Positions 1 through 10,116 of a stretch of DNA of 64,000 nt are shown here, piece by piece. The position numbers and the translations under genes were made by a program. Under the pieces are notes generated by a model, which saw only the letters and a list, made by a program, of their open reading frames with translations, was not told where the DNA came from and made no database searches. The DNA lies in NCBI GenBank assembly GCA_963665765.1, contig OY762464.1, positions 2,601,958-2,665,957 of the forward strand, written 5' to 3'. The DNA comes from Acidimicrobiia bacterium. Lineage in GTDB: Bacteria; Actinomycetota; Acidimicrobiia; Spongiisociales; ZC4RG35. How positions within the stretch are numbered: the stretch's first letter is position 1; each line of letters opens with the position of its first letter.

Positions 1-2254
1 GGCGGTGGCGTCTCGACTGGCCGAATTGTCGTCCGCCGGTGAGCAGCTTCACTCCGAGGAGAGGAGGAGGGAAGCGCAACTGGCCGAACAGCAGAGGGCG
101 TTGGCCCGGTGGGGCAGGGAGATGGACCGGGTCAAGGCCGAGGTGGTGGAACAAAGGCGGGCTCTGCGGGCCGCCGAGGCCCGGGCTGCTTCGGCCCGGG
201 CGACGATGGCGGAGGCGCAGGGAAAGCGGGAAGCCGCCCGGCGCACCTTGAATCCGGGTGATTCCGACCGCCGGAAGCGATTGGAGTCGCTCACCGGCTG
301 GGCGGGATGGGTCTCCGAGATTCTCCAAGCGCCCCCGGAGTTGGCCGCCGCGGTGGAGGCCGGGCTGGAGGGATGGGCTGAGGCGGCGGCCTTTGAGGGT
401 CCGGTGGCCCTGGGCAACGCGTTGGAAAGGCTGGGAAAGATCCCCGAGGAACAGGGACCGGTGTCGATGGTGAGCGCCCGTTTTCCCGGGGTGGCCGACC
501 TTCCGGCTCGGACCGTGGCCGCCTCGGGCAGCCGGGTGACGCCCTTGGTGGATCTGGTGACCGATGGTGAACAGTTCGCTTTGGCCGCTCGCCTGCTGGG
601 TGATGTGGTCCTGGTGGAGAACTGGAGAAGCGGTTGGGAGGTGGTGGGAAGTCATCCGCGCCTGCGGGCGGTGACCCGACAGGGAGATCTGATCACATTG
701 CGCGGGATTTCCCGGGGTGGGCGGAACCGTCTGCCCGATCTGGTGGCGGCCAACGCCGAGGCCGAAGCGGCGACCGTGGCTTTCCGGTCCCTCCGCATCA
801 AGGTGAAGAGCCTGCGGGCCGCGGCGGAGTCACTGGACGAGAGTCGCGAGAAGCAGTTCAGCAGTCTGCAACTCGGTCGTCAGAAAATGCTGGAATCCCA
901 ACGGGAGGTCGAACGGATCGCGGCGCGTCGCCGGGAGATCGACCACGAAAAGGGCCGTTTGAGAAGGCGTCTGGAATCTTTGATGCAGGCCGAAGCCGCC
1001 CGGGCGCGGCGTTTGGCCGAGTTGGAAGACCATATCACCCGACTGGAAGGCCGGTCGGCGACGCCCGATGAGTCGGACAGGCTTGCCCGACGGTTGGAAG
1101 AGACCTCCCGCGCCCGGGCGGCGGCCGAGGAGGAGTACCGGTCCGGGAGCGCGGCGCTCACCGGACTGGCGGAGCGCCGCCGGCTGGAAAGAGCCAGATA
1201 CGAGCAGTTGGCGGTGGAGGTGGCGGAGATGTCGCGGCTTTCCGACGGCTTTTCGGCAGGATGGTCGGAGGAGGTGTCGGAGATTGCCGCCGCGGCGCTA
1301 CGGCTGATGGCGACCCATCGCGCCTCGTTGGTCGAGCTGGACCGGGCTTCCCGACGGCGCGCTCGGGCCCTGGGGGAGGAGGCCACCGAAGCGAGGAGGG
1401 AAATCAGCCGCTCCGATCAGCAGGAGCGGGAGGCCACCGGTCATTTGGAGACGCTGATCTCCGAGATTTCCCGTCTGGAAGCCCATCGTCAAACCACCGT
1501 GGAAGCACTGTGGGAGATGGGCGCCGATCCTGCCCAGGCGGTCGGCGCGCCCCGGCCCGAGATCAGTGATCCAACGGCGGCCCTGGCCTCGGGGGTGGCC
1601 GAATTGGAGCGGATGAGGCCCATCAATCCCTATGCCGCCGCCGACCTCGCCGCCCTGGAGGAAGAGTTGTCGAAACTGTGCGACCAGCGGGATGACATCG
1701 TGGGGACCGATCGACGCCTGGGAAAAGTGATCTCCGAATTGGAGAAGGAAGCCACCGAGCGGTATCTGGCCACCTTCCGGGAGACCGCCAGAGCATTCGA
1801 GCAGGCCTTCGGGCAGGTGTTTCCCGGGGGGCGGGGGAGGCTTCGCATCGTTGATCCGGCGGATCCGCTCGGCTCGGGAGTGGAGATCCATGCTCGACCG
1901 CAGGGCAAGCGGGTGTCTCGGCTGAGCCTGTTGTCGGGAGGGGAACGGGCACTGGGCGCTCTGGCTTTTCTGTTCGCTCTGATGAGAACGCGGCCCTCTC
2001 CCTTCTATCTGCTGGATGAGATGGACGCCAGCCTGGACGCGGCCAACCTGTATCGGGTGTTGCAGGTGGTCCGCCAACTTCGCTCCCATGCCCAAATCCT
2101 GATCATCACCCATCAACCGCAGACCGCCGAGTTCGCCGAGGTGCTGTATGGGGTCACCATGCCGCCGGGAGGAACCACCCAGGTGGTCTCCCGCCGCATG
2201 GAACGAACCGAGGCTCCGGTCGAGGCATTCCCGGCCCAGGGCCGCTCCGCGTAG
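1..2254 (+). CDS. smc: Chromosome segregation protein SMC, C-terminal portion (5' end lies outside the window)
   Basis: Long coiled-coil region followed by the ABC signature/Walker B block LSGGERALGALAFLFAL...FYLLDEMDASLD and a D-loop/H-loop (ILIITHQ). The ORF is open at the window start. Confidence 0.85.
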   Translation, partial: AVASRLAELSSAGEQLHSEERRREAQLAEQQRALARWGREMDRVKAEVVEQRRALRAAEARAASARATMAEAQGKREAARRTLNPGDSDRRKRLESLTGWAGWVSEILQAPPELAAAVEAGLEGWAEAAAFEGPVALGNALERLGKIPEEQGPVSMVSARFPGVADLPARTVAASGSRVTPLVDLVTDGEQFALAARLLGDVVLVENWRSGWEVVGSHPRLRAVTRQGDLITLRGISRGGRNRLPDLVAANAEAEAATVAFRSLRIKVKSLRAAAESLDESREKQFSSLQLGRQKMLESQREVERIAARRREIDHEKGRLRRRLESLMQAEAARARRLAELEDHITRLEGRSATPDESDRLARRLEETSRARAAAEEEYRSGSAALTGLAERRRLERARYEQLAVEVAEMSRLSDGFSAGWSEEVSEIAAAALRLMATHRASLVELDRASRRRARALGEEATEARREISRSDQQEREATGHLETLISEISRLEAHRQTTVEALWEMGADPAQAVGAPRPEISDPTAALASGVAELERMRPINPYAAADLAALEEELSKLCDQRDDIVGTDRRLGKVISELEKEATERYLATFRETARAFEQAFGQVFPGGRGRLRIVDPADPLGSGVEIHARPQGKRVSRLSLLSGGERALGALAFLFALMRTRPSPFYLLDEMDASLDAANLYRVLQVVRQLRSHAQILIITHQPQTAEFAEVLYGVTMPPGGTTQVVSRRMERTEAPVEAFPAQGRSA

Positions 2255-2305
2255 GAGCAAGGTGGGTTGCTATCGGGCCGGTGAGCCTGCCCGTGGGTCT
2301 TCGGG

Positions 2306-4105
2306 GTGGTCGCAAGGGTGGGTGTCACAGGCGCTCGGTATTCTGAAAGTGTCCCGCAGAAGGCGTTGGCTACGGGTGGAGCGATGGAAATAGCAATGGA
2401 ATCGGTGGGCAGGGTGCTGGGCACCGATGAGTCGACCCCTCTGGCCTTTTGGGTAGGGGTGGCCGAGGATCAGCATCTGCAACTTGACGACATCGTGGCG
2501 GTTGATCGGATCCTGCCGACCGGAGAGATCATTTCGATCTTTGGAGTGGTCGGGCAGATGCGCGCCCGCTATGAGGGCGCCCGGTTCGACTCGGATGTGT
2601 TCTTGATCGCCTCGGGGATTCTGCCGGCCGACGTGTCGGAGGCAGCGCAGGTTCAGGTAACGCGGATCGTGCCGGAAACCTTCGTTCCGCCCTTGCCGGG
2701 GTCCGAGGTGCGTCGGGCGGTCGGCGACGAACGGGACGCCGCCCTTGACATGACCGAGGTGGAACGAAAGTTGCCGGCCGGCCTGACCCGGGACGGACGG
2801 CAGGCGGTCATGCTCGACCTCGATTTCCTGGACGGCACCAAGGGCGCCCATGTCAATATCTCAGGAATCTCGGGGGTCGCCACCAAAACCAGTTACGCAA
2901 CGTTCCTGCTCTACTCCCTGTTCAATTCGGGTGTGCTGGGCGCCGCCGCGGCCAATACCAAGGCCCTCATCTTCAACGTCAAGGGCGAAGACCTGCTCTT
3001 CTTGGACCATCCCAACAACCGCCTGGACGAAGAACAGCGGTCACACTACGCAACGTTGGGACTGCAGGCCGCGCCCTTCCGGTCACTTCGGATCCTTGCT
3101 CCACCACGCATCGGCGACCCCAATGGCACACCCCATACCGGCGCTCGGGTTACCGGTGTTCGCCCCATGTACTGGACGGTTGCCCAGTTCTGCCGGCAAG
3201 GGCTATTGCCCTTTTTGTTCGCCGACGCCGAAGACGAACGACAGCAGTACACGATCGTGGTGCATTCGGTCGCCGCCCAGTTGGAACGCCACGCCAAGAA
3301 TTTCAACCCTTCTGACGGTGCGGTCCGTATCGACGGCCGGACGGCCCGCACGTTTTCCCAGCTGGTCGAGATCATCTGCGACAAGCTCCTCCCCGAAGAC
3401 CCCGACACTCCCCCCGACCCCCTGTGGACCGGACGATCGGTCCACACCGGGACGATCAGGGCGTTCGTGCGCCGGCTCTCATCGTCCGAGCGCCACGTTG
3501 CCCATCTGATCAGGGCCGATATCGACAACGCCGAAACCCATGCTCTGGACCTCGACTCCCAGCAGGTCACGGTGGTCGACCTGCACCTGCTCCACGACCG
3601 AGCGAAGCGGTTTGTGGTTGGGGTGGTGCTCCGACAAGCGTTTGAGGCCAAGGAACAATCCGGTACGGCCGAGCCCCTGCAATTCGTGGTGCTCGACGAA
3701 TTGAACAAATACGCCCCGCGGGCGTCGTCGAGCCCCATCAAGGAAATTCTGCTGGATGTGGCCGAGCGGGGTCGCAGCCTGGGAGTCATTCTGATCGGCG
3801 CCCAGCAGACCGCCAGCGAAGTGGAACGGCGGATCGTTTCCAATTCGGCGGTGCGGGTGGTGGGTCGGTTGGATACCGCCGAGGCCGGACGCGAGCAGTA
3901 TGGTTTCTTGCCCGCCGCCCAACGCCAACGGGCCACGATCCTCAAACCCGGCGCCATGTTCGTCTCCCAGCCGCGCCTTCCGGTGCCGGTGCTGGTCGAG
4001 TTTCCTTTTCCGGCATGGGCCACCCGGTTCGCCGAAGCCGATCTGGACGGAGGGATCGGCGGGCGGGGCGGTCAGCCTGACGACCCATGGGATGGTCTGA
4101 TTTGA
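2306..4105 (+). CDS. herA: HerA/FtsK-class (DUF87-like) ATPase; true start may be the internal Met near 2384
   Basis: Walker B hhhhDE (FVVLDELNKYAP) and an arginine-finger/sensor block (RSLGVILIGAQQTASEV) typical of HerA/VirB4/FtsK ATPases. P-loop region GISGVATKTS is deviant. Sits first in an operon with sbcD-sbcC and a NurA-like gene. Confidence 0.65.
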   Translation: MVARVGVTGARYSESVPQKALATGGAMEIAMESVGRVLGTDESTPLAFWVGVAEDQHLQLDDIVAVDRILPTGEIISIFGVVGQMRARYEGARFDSDVFLIASGILPADVSEAAQVQVTRIVPETFVPPLPGSEVRRAVGDERDAALDMTEVERKLPAGLTRDGRQAVMLDLDFLDGTKGAHVNISGISGVATKTSYATFLLYSLFNSGVLGAAAANTKALIFNVKGEDLLFLDHPNNRLDEEQRSHYATLGLQAAPFRSLRILAPPRIGDPNGTPHTGARVTGVRPMYWTVAQFCRQGLLPFLFADAEDERQQYTIVVHSVAAQLERHAKNFNPSDGAVRIDGRTARTFSQLVEIICDKLLPEDPDTPPDPLWTGRSVHTGTIRAFVRRLSSSERHVAHLIRADIDNAETHALDLDSQQVTVVDLHLLHDRAKRFVVGVVLRQAFEAKEQSGTAEPLQFVVLDELNKYAPRASSSPIKEILLDVAERGRSLGVILIGAQQTASEVERRIVSNSAVRVVGRLDTAEAGREQYGFLPAAQRQRATILKPGAMFVSQPRLPVPVLVEFPFPAWATRFAEADLDGGIGGRGGQPDDPWDGLI

Positions 4106-4116
4106 GGCCGGCTTAA

Positions 4117-5280
4117 GTGAGGCTGCTTCACACTTCCGACTGGCATGTCGGAAAAGCCATCCGAGGGATTTCCCGGGCGGATGAGCATCGGGCGGTACTG
4201 GCGGAGGTCGCCCTGATCGCCGAGCAGGAAGAGGTTGATCTGGTGATCGTCGCCGGTGATGTGTTCGACTCGTCGGCGCCCACCGCCGAAGCAGAAGAAA
4301 TTGTTTATCAGGCTCTCCTCAACCTCTCCGAGACCGGAGCCGAGGTGGCGATGATCGCCGGCAATCATGACAATCCCCGCCGGTTGCGGGCGATTACGCC
4401 CCTTTTGCGGCTCGGGCGGGTGCATGTGGTTGCCGAGCCAACCCGACCCGACGACGGGGGCGTCCTCCCATTGAGAGCTCGTAGCGACCGAAGCGAGATT
4501 CGTCTGGCGATGCTCCCCTTCGTATCCAAGCGCGGCATCGTGCGCGCCAAAGACCTCATTGGCAACCAAGCCTTCGAGCACGCCCAGCAGTACAGCGAGC
4601 GTATGCGCCTGCTGATTGCGGCGCTGTGCGATTCGTTCCGGGGTGACACCGTCAACCTGCTCACCGCCCACACTTTCGTGCTGGGTGGCGCGATGGGAGG
4701 CGGCGAACGACCGGCCCACCTGGTTGAAGAATATGCCGTTATGGCACAGTCCTTCCCGGTGGCGACCATGAGCTACGGGGCGCTCGGTCATCTCCACCGG
4801 CCCCAACGGGTCGGACCGGCGCTCTATTACTGCGGTTCTCCGCTGCAACTTGACTTCGGCGAAACCGATCAGACCAAACAAGTCAATATCGTCACCTTGG
4901 AACCGGGCCTACCAGCCGATGTCCAAGCCGCGCTGCTCACCTCGGGGCGGCCGCTTCGGACACTGAGCGGGACGCTCGACGAACTTGCCTCGATGAGCAC
5001 CCAAGACGATGCCTGGCTGAGGGTGGTCGTGAAAGGTCCGGGCCGGGCAGACCTGGCTCGGACTGTGCGCCAAGTACTCGGCCCCGGCGTGGTCGACGTA
5101 CGGGTGGAATCACCCCAAACGGCCGGCAGGCAACGGCGATTCGATCATCGCAGCCACTCGCCACAAGAGTTGTTCGGTGAGTATCTCACGCACCAGAATG
5201 TCAAAGACACCCGGGTCAGTGACCTGTTCGGTGAGCTGTTGGACGTCCACGGCGACGGGCCGGCGGGACGGCAGTCATGA
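4117..5280 (+). CDS. sbcD: DNA double-strand-break repair nuclease SbcD/Mre11 (calcineurin-like phosphoesterase)
   Basis: N-terminal LHTSDWHVGK and VIVAGDVFD, IAGNHD metallophosphatase motifs. Immediately upstream of, and overlapping (ATGA), the Rad50/SbcC gene. Confidence 0.85.
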   Translation: MRLLHTSDWHVGKAIRGISRADEHRAVLAEVALIAEQEEVDLVIVAGDVFDSSAPTAEAEEIVYQALLNLSETGAEVAMIAGNHDNPRRLRAITPLLRLGRVHVVAEPTRPDDGGVLPLRARSDRSEIRLAMLPFVSKRGIVRAKDLIGNQAFEHAQQYSERMRLLIAALCDSFRGDTVNLLTAHTFVLGGAMGGGERPAHLVEEYAVMAQSFPVATMSYGALGHLHRPQRVGPALYYCGSPLQLDFGETDQTKQVNIVTLEPGLPADVQAALLTSGRPLRTLSGTLDELASMSTQDDAWLRVVVKGPGRADLARTVRQVLGPGVVDVRVESPQTAGRQRRFDHRSHSPQELFGEYLTHQNVKDTRVSDLFGELLDVHGDGPAGRQS

Positions 5281-8144
5281 GACCCTTGCAACTATCTATC
5301 AAGGGCTTTGGGGCCTTCCGAGAGCCGACCCACATCGACTTCACCGACATCGACCTGGTAGCGCTGGTGGGCCCCACCGGTTCGGGCAAATCAACCATCA
5401 TCGACGCCATCACCTTCGCGCTGTACGGCACGGTCGCCCGCTACGAAGACAACCGCTTGGTGGCGCCGGCGATCAACCAAACCAGCACCGAGGCTCGGGT
5501 GGCCCTCGACTTCGAGCTCAACCAACAGGTCTACACGGCCGTCCGGGTGGTGCGCCGCACCACCGGCGGTGGGGCAACCACCCGGGAGGCGCGTCTGGAA
5601 CAAGCAGAGCGGGTTCTGGCGGGTGACGCCGCGTCGATGTCGAAAGAGGTTGAGGAGCGGTTGGGACTGAAGGTTGGGCAGTTCAATCGGACGGTGGTGC
5701 TTCCCCAGGGCAAGTTCGCGGCCTTTCTCCACGACAAGCCCGGCGACCGACAAACCACTCTGGTTCGGTTGCTCGGTCTGCAACTGTATCGGCGGATAGG
5801 CCAAGAGGCGCGAAGCAGAAAAGCGAAAGCCGGCAACCATGCCGACGCCCTCCGGTCCGAACATGCCAAAGCAGCCAGGGAGTTGACCGACGAACAGAGG
5901 GTGGGACTGGAGGGCCGCATAGCCGCCCTGGCCGCCGCATCCGAACGGTGGCGCCGCGACCGCGCCCAAATCATGGCTCTCGAAGCCGAAACCGGCGACC
6001 TCAAAGATCGTATCGGGTCGCTGGACGAGAGGATCGATCGCATGAGGGAGATGGCGGCGCCCGCCGACCTGGACGACTTGGCCGATCAGATCACCACCGC
6101 CGAACAGTCTCAGTCAGAGGCAGAGGCACTGCGTTCTGAGTGGAGCGTGATTCGAAGACTGGCGGACCATGCCCTCAAGTCCGGTCCCGACCCCGTCGCC
6201 GTGCAACTGGAACTGAGCATCCACACCGAACTGGCGGAACGAGCCCGGGCTCATCAGATGATCGCCCGGAAACTCTCCGAGTCGATAGCCAAGTACCGGT
6301 CCGCCTCCGGCGAAGCCGATCGAGTCAGAGAAACGCAAGAGGAACTGAAGCGGTGTGTGGAGGAAAACAGAAAGATCGAGGCAGACGCTCGCGCGGCCCG
6401 CGACGCCCAAGTCACAGTTGCGCAAATCGAGGGTTGGGAAAGGTTGCATAACCGTCACCAGGCGGCGGTTGAGAAAGCGTCCGTCATCGATCAAGCCGTC
6501 CGATCCGTCGAGGAGGCGCTGCCGTCGCGGCGCGCGGCCTGCCAAGATACTGCATCAACCGCCGCGGCGACTTCGGCGCGGGTGGCAGATCTTCAGCTCC
6601 GAGCCGGGGTCCTCGGACACCTCGACCTGCTGGAAGTGGGCCAGGACTGCCCGCTGTGTTTGCAGGAAGTATCCCGGTTGCCGGCGCACGACTTCCAAGA
6701 CGCTGATCTCCGCCGGGCCAAGGAACAAAAGGACCTCGCCCAGGCCGCGGCCGCCGCTGCCCAAGAGGCATACAACCAGGCGGTCGTCGAGTTGAAGGGC
6801 CGGCAGGCGGCCGCTTCCTCAGCTCGTTTGGCCGCCCAAAACTGCCAATCCGATGTTGCTTCCCTTCCACCGGCCGAGCAACTCGACGCCCTTTTGGCAG
6901 AAGCGCAGCAGTTGGCCGAGGCCGCGGTCTTGGCAGAAAACGCCACCCAAAAAGCTGAGATCGCCGCTCGGCGGCACCTGTCTTCCCCGGCCTATGCCGA
7001 GGCGCTGGGCACCGAGAAACAAGCCTTTGAACAACAGACCCTCCTCATTGTCGAAGAGCGCACTCTTGAAAAGCAACTGGCGTCCTTGCGGGTCAAAGTA
7101 GATGCTATCCCCGGAGAGGAAGAACTGCGCGCCCGATTGGCGGAGGCCAACCGCTTACGCGCTGAACTGGACGAAGCTGATTCCCAACTACAGAACGCCG
7201 AAGCCCGGCACAAACATGCCGCCGACCAGCTTGGCAAAATGAACAAACGGCGCCAACAGGCGACCGCGCTGCTCAATGCTGCCCGCGATCGAGTGGCGCC
7301 ATTCGGGCCGCCTCCCATCGACCCATCCGATCTGGTGGCTGCCTGGGCAACCCTGACCGATTGGGCCGATGAGCAAACCCGGGCCGCCCGGGTGGAACGG
7401 CGATCCGTCATGGAGAGAAGGTCCGAGCAGGAGAAGCGACGAGCCGGGTTGGCCGAGAGCCTCAGGTCCCTGTGCCATGAGGTGGTGGGCCCAACCGATC
7501 CCCTCGCCGACCCCGAGGAACTCGGCCGTCTGCTGACCGATAATCTGGCTGCCACCAAGACCGAACTCACCCACTTCGACCGACGCATGGTTGAGCTCAA
7601 GGACCTGGAAAAGCGCATCGAAGCGCGGGACGAACAGGCCCGGGTTGCCCACCATCTCGGCCGGTTGCTGCGCACCGACGGCTTCGAGAGATGGCTGATG
7701 GAAACCGCACTCCATCGGTTGGTGGAACAGGCGACCAAGCAACTCTTCGAACTTTCCAACGGTCAGTACTCCCTGGAACTCCATGGAGGCGACTTTTTTG
7801 TCCGAGACCACACCAACGCCGACGAGTTGCGCCGCGCCCGAACGCTGTCAGGTGGCGAGACCTTCCTCGCCTCCCTTTCTCTGGCTCTGGCGCTGGCCGA
7901 CGCCACCGCCGAGATGTCCACCGGAGTGGTTCCGGCCATGGAGTCGATCTTCTTGGACGAAGGATTCGGAACACTCGACCGGCACACCCTCGAAACGGTT
8001 GCCACCGCGGTTGAGGAACTGGGCGCCGGCGGCCGGCTGGTCGGAATAGTCACTCACATCCGGGAACTAGCCGACCGCATGCCGGTGCGACTGGAACTAA
8101 CCAAGACCGGCGGGTCGGCAACGGTCGAACGGATCGATATTTGA
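5277..8144 (+). CDS. sbcC: SbcC/Rad50-family ATPase
   Basis: N-terminal Walker A VGPTGSGKSTIIDAITFALYG, long coiled coil with a central CPLC zinc hook, C-terminal signature LSGGETFLASLSLALAL and Walker B IFLDEGFGTLD. Confidence 0.85.
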   Translation: MRPLQLSIKGFGAFREPTHIDFTDIDLVALVGPTGSGKSTIIDAITFALYGTVARYEDNRLVAPAINQTSTEARVALDFELNQQVYTAVRVVRRTTGGGATTREARLEQAERVLAGDAASMSKEVEERLGLKVGQFNRTVVLPQGKFAAFLHDKPGDRQTTLVRLLGLQLYRRIGQEARSRKAKAGNHADALRSEHAKAARELTDEQRVGLEGRIAALAAASERWRRDRAQIMALEAETGDLKDRIGSLDERIDRMREMAAPADLDDLADQITTAEQSQSEAEALRSEWSVIRRLADHALKSGPDPVAVQLELSIHTELAERARAHQMIARKLSESIAKYRSASGEADRVRETQEELKRCVEENRKIEADARAARDAQVTVAQIEGWERLHNRHQAAVEKASVIDQAVRSVEEALPSRRAACQDTASTAAATSARVADLQLRAGVLGHLDLLEVGQDCPLCLQEVSRLPAHDFQDADLRRAKEQKDLAQAAAAAAQEAYNQAVVELKGRQAAASSARLAAQNCQSDVASLPPAEQLDALLAEAQQLAEAAVLAENATQKAEIAARRHLSSPAYAEALGTEKQAFEQQTLLIVEERTLEKQLASLRVKVDAIPGEEELRARLAEANRLRAELDEADSQLQNAEARHKHAADQLGKMNKRRQQATALLNAARDRVAPFGPPPIDPSDLVAAWATLTDWADEQTRAARVERRSVMERRSEQEKRRAGLAESLRSLCHEVVGPTDPLADPEELGRLLTDNLAATKTELTHFDRRMVELKDLEKRIEARDEQARVAHHLGRLLRTDGFERWLMETALHRLVEQATKQLFELSNGQYSLELHGGDFFVRDHTNADELRRARTLSGGETFLASLSLALALADATAEMSTGVVPAMESIFLDEGFGTLDRHTLETVATAVEELGAGGRLVGIVTHIRELADRMPVRLELTKTGGSATVERIDI

Positions 8145-9091
8145 TGCATTTCAGCGTGGAGTCGTGGGCGCCTCAATACGGAGCTTCGATCACCTCACCG
8201 TCTGCCGAAGACGCCGACCATCAAGTTGATGTCACTGTCGAGCGGCCGCTCCACGATTGGGCCCCGATCGACACGGGGCCGGTCACCATTCCCGATGAGA
8301 TCGTCTTTATCGATGGGATCCAGCGCATCGATGCCCGAATCTGGATCCACCACGACGGCATCCCCATACCGGCCGTTTGCGCCTCCTTAGCGGCCGGGGC
8401 CGTGGTCTGTTGGCCGGACGGAGCGGTGACCGAAGGCGTGCGGATCGCCCGGGCGTTGATCGCGCCGGCCTCCTCGATCGCCACTCCGATTATCACGCGG
8501 CACGCTACCTACGAAATGACCCCCGCCCGGGATGCGACTCCCGAAGCTGCCTATCTGACGATTCACAGCATCCGTCAAGAGCTTGAGACCAGTGTCGCTC
8601 GTTCGATAAATCACGACCTCATCGTATTCGACGGTCCACTGCGGGGACATCACCCCCAGTTCGGGGTGGGCTATGTCAAGACCCACCACAAGATCTACCT
8701 GCCGCAGCAATTGCAGCCGCTGCTCGGCAGCCTCAACGAGGGACAACGAACCCCCATCTTTTTTCTCTCCAGTGGCCCGAGCGGCGCTCGCTGGTCCTGG
8801 TATCTGCGCCTGCCCGGCCCGGCAGTTCACCCTTTGGCCGGGATCGTGCGGCTCGAACTACCCGGTACGGGAAGCGCCGCGGTCGCCGCCCGACGCGCCG
8901 CCTTGGTAAGTTCCAGTCTGCCTCGCTATGCCAGTGAACCCCACAAGGAACCCCGAGCGCCGCAGAACCTATATCCCATTGCCGGCCTCGAGCAACAACT
9001 TAGCCGACGACTCGGGGATCCGTTGCTTTTGGAACGGGCCCTGCGAGTTGCGGCGACACCTCAAAGTCAAAGAACCCGGATCGGATTGTAA
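8141..9091 (+). CDS. Putative NurA-like 5'-3' nuclease (hypothetical; assignment by operon context and DG motifs)
   Basis: Start overlaps the sbcC stop (ATGA). Contains FIDGIQ and LIVFDGPL motifs resembling NurA DGS/DG(S/T)L motifs. Position after rad50 matches the archaeal herA-mre11-rad50-nurA order. Confidence 0.4.
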   Translation: MMHFSVESWAPQYGASITSPSAEDADHQVDVTVERPLHDWAPIDTGPVTIPDEIVFIDGIQRIDARIWIHHDGIPIPAVCASLAAGAVVCWPDGAVTEGVRIARALIAPASSIATPIITRHATYEMTPARDATPEAAYLTIHSIRQELETSVARSINHDLIVFDGPLRGHHPQFGVGYVKTHHKIYLPQQLQPLLGSLNEGQRTPIFFLSSGPSGARWSWYLRLPGPAVHPLAGIVRLELPGTGSAAVAARRAALVSSSLPRYASEPHKEPRAPQNLYPIAGLEQQLSRRLGDPLLLERALRVAATPQSQRTRIGL

Positions 9092-9111
9092 ATGGGTAAG
9101 ATCCAGAGAAG

Positions 9112-9726
9112 GTGATGGCCATGACTGACACCGTGAAGAATGGGAAGGCCGGATTGTATTCCGTCGGCCATTCGAGTCATCCGTTCGAACGCTTTTTAGA
9201 GCTCCTCAGCGAATATGAGATCGAGGTTGTAGCGGATGTGCGCACCTCTCCCTATTCGAGATACAGTCCCCAGTTCGACCAACGAGATCTCCGATACGGC
9301 TTGAGGGAAGTGGGTTTGCACTACATGTTTCTGGGGAAGACGCTGGGAGGCCGTCCTGAGGGGGATCGATTCTATGACTCAGAAGGGCACATTTCTTATG
9401 GTCGGGTAGCTAAAACCGATTGGTTCCGATTGGGACTGAATCGGCTCCGTGAAGGGGGCGCCAAGTTCCGGACAGCCATGCTATGCAGCGAAGAAGACCC
9501 AAAAGATTGTCATCGCTTTCTTCTCGTCACACGTGCTCTCCACACGGTTGGTGAGAAGGTTTCCCACATTCGCGGCGATGGCTCTCTCCAGAGCAGTAGA
9601 GACATCTCCGCATTTGATCCTGAGCACAGGGTGTTCTCTCTATTCGGGGAGGAGGTGAAGAGTTCATGGAGATCTACACGATCGGCTTTACCAAGAAGGC
9701 CGCTGAGGACTTCTTCGCGCTCTTGA
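9112..9726 (+). CDS. DUF488 family protein (paralog 1)
   Basis: YSVGHSSHPFERFLELL...VVADVRTSPYSRYSPQF...CSEEDPKDCHRFLL matches the DUF488 (YeaO-like) pattern. Local GC ~50%, much lower than the flanks. Confidence 0.55.
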   Translation: MMAMTDTVKNGKAGLYSVGHSSHPFERFLELLSEYEIEVVADVRTSPYSRYSPQFDQRDLRYGLREVGLHYMFLGKTLGGRPEGDRFYDSEGHISYGRVAKTDWFRLGLNRLREGGAKFRTAMLCSEEDPKDCHRFLLVTRALHTVGEKVSHIRGDGSLQSSRDISAFDPEHRVFSLFGEEVKSSWRSTRSALPRRPLRTSSRS

Positions 9727-10103
9727 AACAAAATGGCATCCGGCGGCTGGTGGACGTGCGGGTCAGCCCTTCCTCACATTTGGCCGGCTTCGCCAGGCGA
9801 CGTCACCTTGTCTATTTTCTCAGAGATTTGGTGGGCGCAGACTATGTTCATGAGCCGATATTGGCGCCCACCGAAGAACTTCTCAAGTCTTATCGCAACC
9901 GGGAAATAACTTGGGCCGAATACGAGGAAGCCTTCTTGGAACTCCTATCTCAACGCAGGGTCGACAATAAGATTTCGACTGACCTGTTCGCTCTAAGAAC
10001 AGTTCTCTTGTGCAGCGAACCAACCCCTGAGTTCTGCCATCGGCGGCTGGTGATAGATCATCTCGCCCGGCATTGGGGTGATGTGCAAGCTGTTCATTTG
10101 TGA
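9666..10103 (+). CDS. DUF488 family protein (paralog 2)
   Basis: MEIYTIGFTKK...LVDVRVSPSS...LLCSEPTPEFCHRRLV, same family as the upstream gene. Overlaps it by ~60 bp. Confidence 0.55.
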   Translation: MEIYTIGFTKKAAEDFFALLKQNGIRRLVDVRVSPSSHLAGFARRRHLVYFLRDLVGADYVHEPILAPTEELLKSYRNREITWAEYEEAFLELLSQRRVDNKISTDLFALRTVLLCSEPTPEFCHRRLVIDHLARHWGDVQAVHL

Positions 10104-10116
10104 AAAGTGATGTATT

